64,000 nt of DNA. It comes from Limnothrix sp. BL-A-16 (GTDB lineage: Bacteria; Cyanobacteriota; Cyanobacteriia; CACIAM-69d). Made by a program: the position numbers and the translations under genes. This document shows, piece by piece, positions 52,720 through 63,362 of the stretch. The stretch spans positions 480,001 through 544,000 of the forward strand of contig CP166615.1 in NCBI GenBank assembly GCA_041937175.2. Reading direction: 5' to 3'. The first letter of the stretch is position 1; the number at the start of each line of letters is the position of its first letter. The notes under the pieces were generated by a model, which did no database searches, was not told the origin of the DNA, and was given only the letters and a program-made list of their open reading frames with translations.

Positions 52720-54240
52720 ATGCAAAGTTGGACAGAGGGCTATGTGGCCGAAGTGGACTACACCCATGGGTTTTATCGGGAACTGGCCCCCACACACCTG
52801 AATTATGTGTTGTTGTGCAAGGGGCTTCAGGCTCCCCCGCTCGATCGCGCCTTCACCTACTGCGAATTGGGCTGTGGGCAGGGCAATACAACCAATTTGC
52901 TAGCGGCCGCCAATCCACAAGGGGATTTTTATGCCACGGATTTTAATCCCAGCCACATTGTTCATGCCCAAACCTTAGCCCGCGAAATTGGCCTCAAAAA
53001 CATCCATTTTTTTGATGACTCTTTCCAGGATTTTGCCGATCGGGCAGAGTTGCCGGACTTTGATTTCATCACGCTCCATGGCGTTTTCTCTTGGATTTCG
53101 CCCGAAAATCGGCAGCAAATCATTAACTTTATTCGCAAAAAGCTAAAAGTCGGTGGCGTTGTTTATCTCAGCTACAACGCAATGCCCGGTTGGTCTGCCT
53201 TTTTGGGAATGCGAGAGCTAATTCAAGCGCAGGTGCTCTCCCAATCGGGCCAAATTACCAAACGATTTGATCAGGCTTTGAACTTTGCCAAAACCATTGC
53301 TGAACAGGAGGCCATTTATTTCAAATCTCAGCCAGCGGCGCTCGATCGGCTCCAGCAAATTTCCACCATGTCTCGTAACTACTTGGTGCATGAATATTGC
53401 AATCGCCACTTCACCCCGCTGTTCCATCGAGAAGTGGTGGAACTGCTGGATGAAGCCAAGGCCAGCTTTTTGGTTTCGGCCCACTTGGGCGACCAAATGG
53501 AACACTTTCGATTGCAGCCCAACCAGTTGCAAACCCTGCAAACCATTGAGGATCCCGTGCTGCGGGAAACCTTGCGGGATGTGTATACCAACCAATCATT
53601 TCGACGGGATATTTTTGGGCGCGGAACCGTGCCCCTTGCCTCTTTGGCCCAGCGCGATCGCTTGGATCAGCAAACCTTCGCCCTTACGCTGCGATCGCCC
53701 CAAATCCCCAAGGAATATCCCTGCCCGGTGGCAACGGTGCATCTGGATGCGGAACCCTTCAAAACCATCATTGCTGGCTTGAGCGATCGCCCCCACACCA
53801 TGGCCGAGCTAGCTCAACAATTACCCAAACTGGCCTGGCGCGACCTGCATCTTTCCTTGGCGATCGCAGTGGATGGGGGGTGGGCGATGCCCGTGGTTCC
53901 CCAAGCTGCCGTCAAAGCGACCCGCGAAACCTGTCATCGGTTCAACCGGGCCATTGCTCGGCGTGCTCTCACGGAAAACAAAATTCAACTTTTGGCTGCA
54001 CCGCTGGTTGGCAGTGGCATTGCGGTTGATCAAACCATTCTGTTGTTTTTAGAGTCCATTTGGCGCAAAACACCGGGCCCCGAATTAGCCTTTGAAACCT
54101 ACAAACGGATGGGGCTAAAGCTTCAGAAAAACGGCGAAACCGTTGAGAGCGATGCAGAAAATTTGCAGCTTCTGAAAACTTCTTGGGAGCAATTTCAATC
54201 CCAAACTGGCCCCTGGCTAAAATCCCTCCAAATTTTGTAG
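52720..54240 (+). CDS. Class I SAM methyltransferase with methyltransferase regulatory domain
   Basis: WTEGYVAEVDYTHGFYREL, ELGCGQG, ITLHGVFSWIS, SYNAMPGW, YLVHEY, NQSFRRDIF. Confidence 0.88.
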   Translation: MQSWTEGYVAEVDYTHGFYRELAPTHLNYVLLCKGLQAPPLDRAFTYCELGCGQGNTTNLLAAANPQGDFYATDFNPSHIVHAQTLAREIGLKNIHFFDDSFQDFADRAELPDFDFITLHGVFSWISPENRQQIINFIRKKLKVGGVVYLSYNAMPGWSAFLGMRELIQAQVLSQSGQITKRFDQALNFAKTIAEQEAIYFKSQPAALDRLQQISTMSRNYLVHEYCNRHFTPLFHREVVELLDEAKASFLVSAHLGDQMEHFRLQPNQLQTLQTIEDPVLRETLRDVYTNQSFRRDIFGRGTVPLASLAQRDRLDQQTFALTLRSPQIPKEYPCPVATVHLDAEPFKTIIAGLSDRPHTMAELAQQLPKLAWRDLHLSLAIAVDGGWAMPVVPQAAVKATRETCHRFNRAIARRALTENKIQLLAAPLVGSGIAVDQTILLFLESIWRKTPGPELAFETYKRMGLKLQKNGETVESDAENLQLLKTSWEQFQSQTGPWLKSLQIL

Positions 54241-54268
54241 ATCTCTTGTTCCTCCAATCAAACATCCT

Positions 54269-54412
54269 CTAGTAGTGCGACAGGCTTAATTCGTGGGGTC
54301 AAAGTTGCGGAGTCAGTGACAACAACAAGGGGCTTAAGCCCCTTGCTGCCTAACGATTCGGTAACAGTAACAGTCGAATTGATCGACTAGAACAAGCTTG
54401 TCGCGCTACTAG
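54269..54412. mobile_element. MITE-like element C (144 bp) with central perfect palindrome
   Basis: Terminal IRs CTAGTAGTGCGACAGGCTT / AAGCTTGTCGCGCTACTAG (17/19), CTAG at both ends; CAAGGGGCTTAAGCCCCTTG at 54326-54345. Confidence 0.75.
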
Positions 54413-55284
54413 GATTGGGTCGGGGCTGCGGGTGCATCGGCGGCCCCGTTGGGGTCGGTGGCCGGAGGATTAGTCGCGGGCGGGGTGATCGCGGGTGGGT
54501 TGATGGGTTTGGCGATCGGGCAGGCGGCTGGATCCGGCTCCTGGGGAATGATCGTCACCGGTTTGGCCCCTTTGGGCAAGCCCGCTTGGGTTGGGGCCAA
54601 CATTTGGCTCACCACCATCACAGCGCGTTTGTTGGCTTCATTGAGCAAGCCCCGTTGGCAGGCGGATTCCGTGACCCGATCGAGCGCTGCCTCTTGGGCC
54701 CGGGCCATCAGTTCGGGGCCCGAGTCGGGGCCAAGACCCAAAAAGCCCCGATCGTAGTCATAAACGCGCGATCGACCCACATCGATTTTGCGATCGAGAA
54801 TTTCCGGGGCCGGCAACCGAATTTCCAGCTTGCCATCGGCTCCTTGGCGCACGTCTTCCGGTTTCAGTTTGTTGAAGTCAATGCCGGCGCTGATTTCCCC
54901 GTAGGCGATATAGAGCAGCTTGGTGGAACCGACGACGAATTGCCCCAACACCCGATCGCGCTGGGCCGGGACGATCGCCTCCATCGAAAACACGGTGGTG
55001 GTCAGTTCGCTGGCCCCGCGAATTTGGTCAATCGTCAGTGATCGCACATCGGCCTTGGCCGGCGGCTGCGGCGTGTTGAAGGGAGCCGCCACAAACTCGC
55101 TAATCCCCTTGCCCCAGTTGCCAATCCCCGCCGCCGAAGTGGCCACGATCGCCACCAGTCCCCCGGTCGCCATCAGGGCAAAGTTGTTGCTGAGTTGCCG
55201 CCATAACCCCGGTTGCCGCGACGGGGCGATCGGCTGGGGAGCTTGGGTGGGCTGAGGGCTGGGGGGGCGTTGATCGACCTTCAT
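54409..55284 (-). CDS. DUF4230-like membrane-anchored protein
   Basis: Transmembrane helix; SELTT, KLLYIAYGEISAGIDF, LPAPEI, A...GLLNEANKRA. Start at ATG 55284. Confidence 0.82.
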   Translation of the reverse strand: MKVDQRPPSPQPTQAPQPIAPSRQPGLWRQLSNNFALMATGGLVAIVATSAAGIGNWGKGISEFVAAPFNTPQPPAKADVRSLTIDQIRGASELTTTVFSMEAIVPAQRDRVLGQFVVGSTKLLYIAYGEISAGIDFNKLKPEDVRQGADGKLEIRLPAPEILDRKIDVGRSRVYDYDRGFLGLGPDSGPELMARAQEAALDRVTESACQRGLLNEANKRAVMVVSQMLAPTQAGLPKGAKPVTIIPQEPDPAACPIAKPINPPAITPPATNPPATDPNGAADAPAAPTQS

Positions 55285-55354
55285 AAACAAAGCCTGGGGA
55301 AGAGAATCGGACGAAGACGTTTGGGGAGCCAGGGGCCACAGCAATCGCTGGGGG

Positions 55355-55374
55355 CAAGGGGCTTAAGCCCCTTG
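55355..55374. repeat. Perfect 20-bp palindrome CAAGGGGCTTAAGCCCCTTG, followed by (CTGGTGCGGTGGA)x~3
   Basis: Identical to 54326-54345; tandem 13-mers at about 55376-55412. Confidence 0.85.
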
Positions 55375-55430
55375 TCTGGTGCGGTGGACTGGTGCGGTGG
55401 ACTGGTGCGGTGAAAGCTTGAAATGTCGGA

Positions 55431-57560
<2,130 letters not shown>

Positions 57561-57729
57561 CTATTCCGGCCGGGAATGCAAGAACCTTCCGGATCGCGCA
57601 CGGGGCGATCGCTAGTAATGGTCAGGTAGATGCACCCTGACGATGTTCCCCCGGCCCCGGCTGGGGGATTTTTGTTGCAAATTTTTCAGCTACGATCCGA
57701 GGTAGTCCCCCGCCTCAAGGACGCGGATC

Positions 57730-57981
57730 ATGACTTGGCTCGAATTGTGCGATCGAACCTTTCAGCTTTCAGTCAAAAATCGGTGGCGATTGTTATGGGC
57801 GATCGTGCGATCGCTGCTCTGGCCTGCCAGTCTTCCCCAATCCACATCATCTACGACCGAAATCGATCAGAATCCCCCAAAACCTCCGACTGATTTAAGC
57901 CAATATCGCGGCGTTTTATCCCTCTCGGAAGATCCCCTAATTTATCAACAGCGGATTCGGGATGAGTGGACAGAATCGTGA
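57730..57981 (+). CDS. Putative type II antitoxin (orphan)
   Basis: 83 aa; C-terminal DLSQYRGVL...DPLIYQQRIRDEW resembles antitoxins of PIN toxins; its stop overlaps the next start as GTGA. Confidence 0.55.
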   Translation: MTWLELCDRTFQLSVKNRWRLLWAIVRSLLWPASLPQSTSSTTEIDQNPPKPPTDLSQYRGVLSLSEDPLIYQQRIRDEWTES

Positions 57982-58076
57982 ATCCCTATCTTCTGAATGC
58001 CAATATTCTAGCCTGGTTATTATGCGAGGAGAGTCATGATTATTCAATTTCAATTCTCGCCAGAAAAAGCTGTTGA
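57978..58076 (+). pseudogene. Truncated PIN/VapC toxin stub
   Basis: MNPYLLNANILAWLL resembles the PIN N-terminal YLLDTNIL motif with Asp replaced by Asn; the frame ends after 32 codons. Confidence 0.45.
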
Positions 58077-58593
58077 GGCAGCAGCGATTCTTCTAAAGCT
58101 ACATGGCGGCCCTATGAAGTATTTAGGGTTGCTGAAAATGCTTTATATTGCCGATCGGGTTGCCTTGGAACGGATGGAGCAGCCCATTACTGGTGATTGC
58201 TATATTTCTATGGATTATGGGCCTGTTCTGAGTTGTGTTTACGATTTAATTAAGGGCAAGACAGTTGGTAATGCTCTGCCACTTTGGTCGATATCAATTG
58301 CGTCCTGTTCCAAGAAGCAAGTTTATTTACGAAATGATCCGGGTAAACAACATCTTTGCGAAGCTGAAGAAGAAATTTTAGAAGAGGTTTATCAAAAATT
58401 TGGACATATCGATCCCTTTGAAGTTGCTGACTGGACGCATTGCTTACCAGAATGGAAAAATCCCCACGGCTCTATGATTCCAATTGCAGTGAATGATGTT
58501 CTTCATTACCTTGGAAAAACAGACTTAGAGATCCAAGCGATTGCGGAAGAGGCTGCTCGGGAAGCATACCTTAATGGGGCTTGGCATGGCTGA
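58036..58593 (+). CDS. Panacea/SocA (DUF4065) antitoxin-like protein
   Basis: LLKMLYIADR, PITGD.Y..MDYGPV, ADWTH..PEW motifs; GAGGAG RBS. Confidence 0.85.
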   Translation: MIIQFQFSPEKAVEAAAILLKLHGGPMKYLGLLKMLYIADRVALERMEQPITGDCYISMDYGPVLSCVYDLIKGKTVGNALPLWSISIASCSKKQVYLRNDPGKQHLCEAEEEILEEVYQKFGHIDPFEVADWTHCLPEWKNPHGSMIPIAVNDVLHYLGKTDLEIQAIAEEAAREAYLNGAWHG

Positions 58594-58981
58594 TCTGGTT
58601 GTTGAAATCGGACAGGCTTTCCTAATTGATACACCTCCTAACGGAGAGCATCTTTACATTGCAATTGCTTTGATCGGTGATGGTCGATATTTATTTGTGA
58701 ATGTGACAACTCGTAGAGCTAGTTCCGAAACAACCTGTATTCTTGACCCTAGAACCCCAGGTTTACCCAGTTTTATTAACCGAGAATCGGTTGTTGCTTA
58801 TCAATATGCTCGTGCATGGAGTCCAGAAGAATTATCTAGGGTGATCAAGCCTGGTAGCCGAGTCCCTAAGTGTATTTTCTCAGATGAGATTGTGTCTAGA
58901 ATTCAGAATAGCGGTCTGATTTCAAAACGACTTTCCAATCAATTCAAAACTGCTTTAAAAATATTCTTAAATCAGAAATAA
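58586..58981 (+). CDS. Hypothetical protein, putative PemK/MazF-fold toxin
   Basis: 131 aa; overlaps the Panacea gene by 8 bp; pattern HLYIAI...VNVTT...ESVVAYQYAR...FSDEIVSRI. Confidence 0.6.
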   Translation: MADLVVEIGQAFLIDTPPNGEHLYIAIALIGDGRYLFVNVTTRRASSETTCILDPRTPGLPSFINRESVVAYQYARAWSPEELSRVIKPGSRVPKCIFSDEIVSRIQNSGLISKRLSNQFKTALKIFLNQK

Positions 58982-58998
58982 ATCACTTGCCCTAATAA

Positions 58999-59457
58999 AT
59001 GAATTACCCCATGGCTCTCAAAACGACCATCGCCTACGAAACGGACTATTACGGTTGGGTGCAAGAACAGGTCGAACTGTTGGAGTCAGGCCAGCTCGAT
59101 CGCCTCGATGTCGCCAATCTAATTGAGGAAATTAAAAGTTTGGGAGCTTCGGAACGGCGGGCACTGGTGAGTTATTTGACGCGGCTCTATCAACATTTGC
59201 TGAAGTGGACATATCAACCCAGCAAGCGATCGCCCTCTTGGGTTGCCACCATCAACATCAGCCGCCGCAAAATCCAAACCCTGCTGAAGGAAAATCCTAG
59301 CCTCAAATCTCGGCTCCCGGAGGCAATTCAAGCAGCCTATGCGGATGCTCGCGATGAGGCCTACGGCGAAACTGGTTTGGCGCTGGAGACCTTCCCGATC
59401 GCCCCACCGTTGACCTGGGAAGAGGCGATGGAACAACCCATCTATCTTGATCCCTAG
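58999..59457 (+). CDS. DUF29 family protein
   Basis: YETDYYGW, LDVANLIEEI..LG, HLLKW.YQP, SW..TI, NPSLK, ETGL...FP. Confidence 0.92.
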   Translation: MNYPMALKTTIAYETDYYGWVQEQVELLESGQLDRLDVANLIEEIKSLGASERRALVSYLTRLYQHLLKWTYQPSKRSPSWVATINISRRKIQTLLKENPSLKSRLPEAIQAAYADARDEAYGETGLALETFPIAPPLTWEEAMEQPIYLDP

Positions 59458-59484
59458 CCAATAAAGAGGCTAAAGTTTTTGGAC

Positions 59485-60254
59485 ATGGAAGAGCCTGTTT
59501 CCCCCCAAATTCCTAGTTGGCTTGCTTGGGCGATCATGAATGGCCAAAAGCGCCAGCCCACATTCCTAGGCCATATTGTTTTGGTTCTGGTGCTTTTGAG
59601 CTTGGTTGGGATTGCTTATTATGTTTTGCTACTCGTGAGTAGCCAATGGGAGCAAAGATGGATTACTGCACCCCAAAAACTTACAAAGGAACAAGTTACT
59701 TTACAAACAGCATGGCTAAAGTCTAAGCCCTCTGTGAAATCAAGATTGGTTTTCCAACTTCAGGATGTTGAAGTCTTGATTGATCGCAATGCTTCAATTA
59801 TGGGTTTTTTCTATAAGCAGTATTATATTTCACTGGCGATGATGTGTACGCTGGGGGCGATCGCTGTTATTTGTTTATTTTTTATTAGTAAAGAAGGTTG
59901 GGGCGAAGTCAATAATGCTGTAATCAATATTTTTGTGGTTTCTTCAGGGGTGGTTCTTTTTTACGGTAATTTGTCTTTGACCTTTAAGCAAGAAGAAAAT
60001 ATCAAAAATAGCCATGCTATCTATTTGTCCTGTTTGAGCCTCAGAAATGAGCTACTAAGTTATCTGGCGACTCGGCAAAACACTCGCGGGGTTGAGGAAA
60101 AACCAGAATCATTCATTCATTCATTCATTATATTGATAAAAAGCTGATGTCAATTAGCTTGATTCAATTGGGCTTTAATCCTGGTCAACTGTCAGATGTT
60201 CCTAAGCCAATTAATACGTTATCAACTCCGGCAATTACGCCTAAAAGTCCCTAG
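59485..60254 (+). pseudogene. Three-TM SLATT/DUF4231-like membrane protein frameshifted at a (TCAT)5 tract
   Basis: The current frame stops at 60147. With 3 or 6 TCAT units it would continue ...ESFIHYIDKKLMSISLIQLGFNP...TPKSP to TAG at 60252-60254. Confidence 0.6.
60109..60128 (+). repeat. Simple sequence repeat (TCAT)5 inside a CDS
   Basis: Five exact TCAT units read directly from the sequence. Confidence 0.92.
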
Positions 60255-60441
60255 TCGTTGATTTTGAAATTCTGAAAGATTTGATTTGAGAATGTGATGA
60301 ATTCGCGACGATTATTGATCTTTTGAATAATAATCCTGATCTGTTTTGATCTGTGATGGGCGGTTCGTGGTTTTCGGATTAATTGCCCGATCGCGAGTTA
60401 ACCCATTAGTCAAAAATTGATCCGCGATCGGGTGAGGGAAA

Positions 60442-61152
60442 CTAGTCAATCTTTTGTAAATAAATGCAGTGCCGATCGCCCTCAGTAATGGGAGTTTTAA
60501 AGGCATCTATACCCAAAATTTTTGCCCCCCAATGGTTCAGGGGATCTTGCAGGCTGGCTTCTTCTTCTGTGCTCCAGCGACCTCGGTACAAAACCGCAAC
60601 GCCTCGCGGGGCCAACATCGGCAGGGCATAGCTGGCGCAAAGATCCGCTGCGCCCACGGCCCGCAAGGTCACCAGGTGAAAATTCGGTTTGGGGCCCGGT
60701 CGCCGCACAAACTGTTCTGCTCGATCGCAAGCGGTTTGCACATTGCCCAACCCCAATTCCGTGACCGCCTCCGCCACAAATTGAATCTTTTTGCGCGTGC
60801 TATCCATCAGCAACCATTGCCATTCTGGAAAAGCGATCGCCCCCGGTAGCCCTGGAAAGCCGCCGCCGGTTCCCAAATCGGCTACGGTGAGGGTCTGCGA
60901 GGCCCGCTGGGCCAGTACTGGTTGCAAAATCGGTGAAAATAGACCTCGCAGCGAATCCCAAAGATGCTTTTCCCAAAAGTCCAATGGTTCCGTAATGCGG
61001 GTTAAGTTCATCCGCTGGTTACCCGCCAAGATCACCTCGTAGAGTTGCTGAAATTGAGATTGGGTGGCTGTGTCGGGCTGCCATTGCAGGGTTGACTGCC
61101 AAAGGTCGATCGGGTTTGGCAAGGTGGGCGCTGTGGGAAGAGTCATGGCCAT
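60442..61152 (-). CDS. rsmG: 16S rRNA m7G527 methyltransferase
   Basis: NLTRIT, KHLWDSL, DLGTGGGFPG, DSTRKK, RAE, LRAV. Start uncertain. Confidence 0.95.
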   Translation of the reverse strand: MAMTLPTAPTLPNPIDLWQSTLQWQPDTATQSQFQQLYEVILAGNQRMNLTRITEPLDFWEKHLWDSLRGLFSPILQPVLAQRASQTLTVADLGTGGGFPGLPGAIAFPEWQWLLMDSTRKKIQFVAEAVTELGLGNVQTACDRAEQFVRRPGPKPNFHLVTLRAVGAADLCASYALPMLAPRGVAVLYRGRWSTEEEASLQDPLNHWGAKILGIDAFKTPITEGDRHCIYLQKID

Positions 61153-61224
61153 GGGGAGCAAGCTGCTAGGCAATTTAAGCGCAATCTGGCCCCGTTAACG
61201 TAATTCCTTGAGTCCAATCGCAGC

Positions 61225-62604
61225 ATGATTCCAACGGTAGTGGTGGCGGGAACCCACAGCGGAGTGGGCAAAACTTCAGTGGCGATCGCCCTGATGCGAG
61301 CCTGGACGCGGCGCGGATGGGTGGTGCAGCCGTTCAAAGTGGGGCCCGATTTCATTGACCCGGGTCATCACCGCCGGGCCACGGGTCGCCCGTCCCATAA
61401 TTTGGATGGTTGGATGCTCTCTAAAGCAACAAACCGAGCGCTGTTCGATCGCGCCGTGGCCGGAGCCGATGTGGCGGTGATTGAAGGAGCCATGGGATTG
61501 TTCGATGGTTATGGCGACCAAGAGGCGGGCAGCACAGCTGAGCTGGCCAAGTGGCTGAACGCGCCTGTGGTGTTGGTGTTGGATAGTCGGGGCCTGTCTC
61601 GCAGCGGGGCGGCCCTAATTTGCGGCTATGAAACCTTTGATCCGGATTTGCAATTTTTGGGCGCAATTTGCAACCGGGTGGGCAGCGGAACACATTTGGA
61701 TCGGATTGTGGGGGCTGCTCGCGATCGCGTGCGGATGCCCATTTTGGGCGGTGTGCCCCGGGATGAGGCCGCATTGATCGATAGCCGCCACTTGGGACTC
61801 AAAATGGCCGATGAGGATCAGTTGGGGGAGGGATACATCGATCGACTGGCAGACTTGCTGGAAACCCATCTGGACTTGGATCAGCTCTGGCAACGGTTGC
61901 AACGGGAGCAACCCACCCACGATCCTGCACCACCCACGCCGATCGCCCCAATTTCTGTCAGTCGTCGATCGCCTCGCAAAATCGGAATCGCACGCGATCG
62001 GGCCTTTTGTTTTTATTACGAAGCCAATTTAGATTTTCTGCGCGATCGGGGAGCGGAATTGGTGGAATTTTCGCCCTTGGTCGATCGGCCGCCCGCTGAT
62101 TGTGATGCGCTCTACCTTGGGGGTGGCTACCCGGAGCTATACCTGGATCAGCTTGCCAACAACACCGATTGTTTAACGGCCATTCGCCAAATGGCCGCGG
62201 CCGGCAAACCAATCTATGGGGAATGTGGCGGTTTCATCTACCTGTGCGATCGCCTGACCCTGGCCGATGGCACGGGGCGATCGCTCTTGGGTTTATTACC
62301 GCTGCAAATCCAAATGACCCGCCGCCCCAAGCTGGGTTACGTGGAAACGACGATCGCTCCTGGCGGCCCTTTGCCCTCAGGAGAAACCATTCGTGGTCAT
62401 CGGTTTCACTACTCGGAAGTGGCAAACCCCGAAGCAGCCGGGACGATCGCCCAATGCTATGACCTCTTGACCTCTCGGGGCGATCGGCTCACGGAAGGAT
62501 ATTGTGTCGGTTCCGTCTTGGGTAGCTATATACATTTGCATTTCGTCAGCAATCCCCAAGTGATGACCGCCTGGCTCGATCGCGTCCCTGCTGCTATGAG
62601 TTGA
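61225..62604 (+). CDS. cobB: Cobyrinate a,c-diamide synthase
   Basis: GTHSGVGKT, FKVGPDFIDP, IEGAMGLFDG, AFCFYY, GGGYPE, YGECGG, YIHLHF. Confidence 0.96.
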   Translation: MIPTVVVAGTHSGVGKTSVAIALMRAWTRRGWVVQPFKVGPDFIDPGHHRRATGRPSHNLDGWMLSKATNRALFDRAVAGADVAVIEGAMGLFDGYGDQEAGSTAELAKWLNAPVVLVLDSRGLSRSGAALICGYETFDPDLQFLGAICNRVGSGTHLDRIVGAARDRVRMPILGGVPRDEAALIDSRHLGLKMADEDQLGEGYIDRLADLLETHLDLDQLWQRLQREQPTHDPAPPTPIAPISVSRRSPRKIGIARDRAFCFYYEANLDFLRDRGAELVEFSPLVDRPPADCDALYLGGGYPELYLDQLANNTDCLTAIRQMAAAGKPIYGECGGFIYLCDRLTLADGTGRSLLGLLPLQIQMTRRPKLGYVETTIAPGGPLPSGETIRGHRFHYSEVANPEAAGTIAQCYDLLTSRGDRLTEGYCVGSVLGSYIHLHFVSNPQVMTAWLDRVPAAMS

Positions 62605-62626
62605 AAGGCAAGTTTGCAGACCCAAA

Positions 62627-62659
62627 AGCCCGATCGAACCCTTGAGAGTCGATCGGGCT
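62627..62659 (-). terminator. Intrinsic terminator hairpin between convergent genes
   Basis: AGCCCGATCGA/TCGATCGGGCT 11-bp stem, followed by a T-run on the minus strand. Confidence 0.6.
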
Positions 62660-62684
62660 AATCGTCATTGAACTGATAGTGGGC

Positions 62685-62830
62685 TAGGGGTTGTCGTCAT
62701 TTCCTAGGGTCAAGCGAAAACAGTTGATTTTCCTTACCTCAATCATCGTAACAAGATGCTCAAGCCCCTTGCACCCCACGATTTCGTCATGACGGAATCA
62801 AGGTTTCAGGCAATTTGACGACATGCCCTA
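62685..62830. mobile_element. MITE-like element, copy B (146 bp), homolog of 19834-19980
   Basis: Terminal IRs TAGGGGTTGTCGTCA / TGACGACATGCCCTA; core CAAGATGCTCAAGCCCCTTG at 62752-62771; flanks align with the reverse complement of copy A. Confidence 0.78.
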
Positions 62831-62873
62831 GACCCTAAAAGCTAACCCCAATCTGAGCACCCATTGACGATGA

Positions 62874-63362
62874 CTAATCACTGATAGAAACCAAAAATGT
62901 TGCTTCCCCGTTGGCGCGGCGGCCAGCAATGACCAATCCTGAAATTGCTTCTCCATCGCCCATCTTATGAATTGTCAGCTCGATGATCTTTGGGTCATCA
63001 AAAGCGGCAACCAAGGCCCGCTGACCTGCTTCTGCCTCATCAATGTTGTCCAAAATCAGAGAAGCAGAGAGTCGAGCCTCAGAATCATTTAACGATCGCA
63101 GTTCTGAAATAATCGCCCGGGGTGCATCCATTGATCGTCCATAGACCATTTTCCATGAATCTCGATAGGCTTTTCTCCTCGATTTCTGGCCTATAAAACG
63201 CTTGTACTTCTTCAGTGCTGCTTGACTGAGATCATCTTCAGGCTTCAAAACCTCATAGAAAACAGCGCTGCCAGGAATCGACTCAATAGGGCCACCATAA
63301 ATTGTCTCCAAGTCGGTCACATACTGAGGTGATTTCTTGAGTGATGTTTTGCGCTCAGTCAT
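62874..63362 (-). CDS. Hypothetical protein
   Basis: 162-aa ORF from ATG 63362 with globular composition; no confident family. Confidence 0.65.
   Translation of the reverse strand: MTERKTSLKKSPQYVTDLETIYGGPIESIPGSAVFYEVLKPEDDLSQAALKKYKRFIGQKSRRKAYRDSWKMVYGRSMDAPRAIISELRSLNDSEARLSASLILDNIDEAEAGQRALVAAFDDPKIIELTIHKMGDGEAISGLVIAGRRANGEATFLVSISD

Noticed and set aside
57630..57893. 87-aa ORF overlapping the antitoxin-like gene
   Set aside because: The alternative frame 57730-57981 has the antitoxin-like motif and the coupled overlap; this one has neither.
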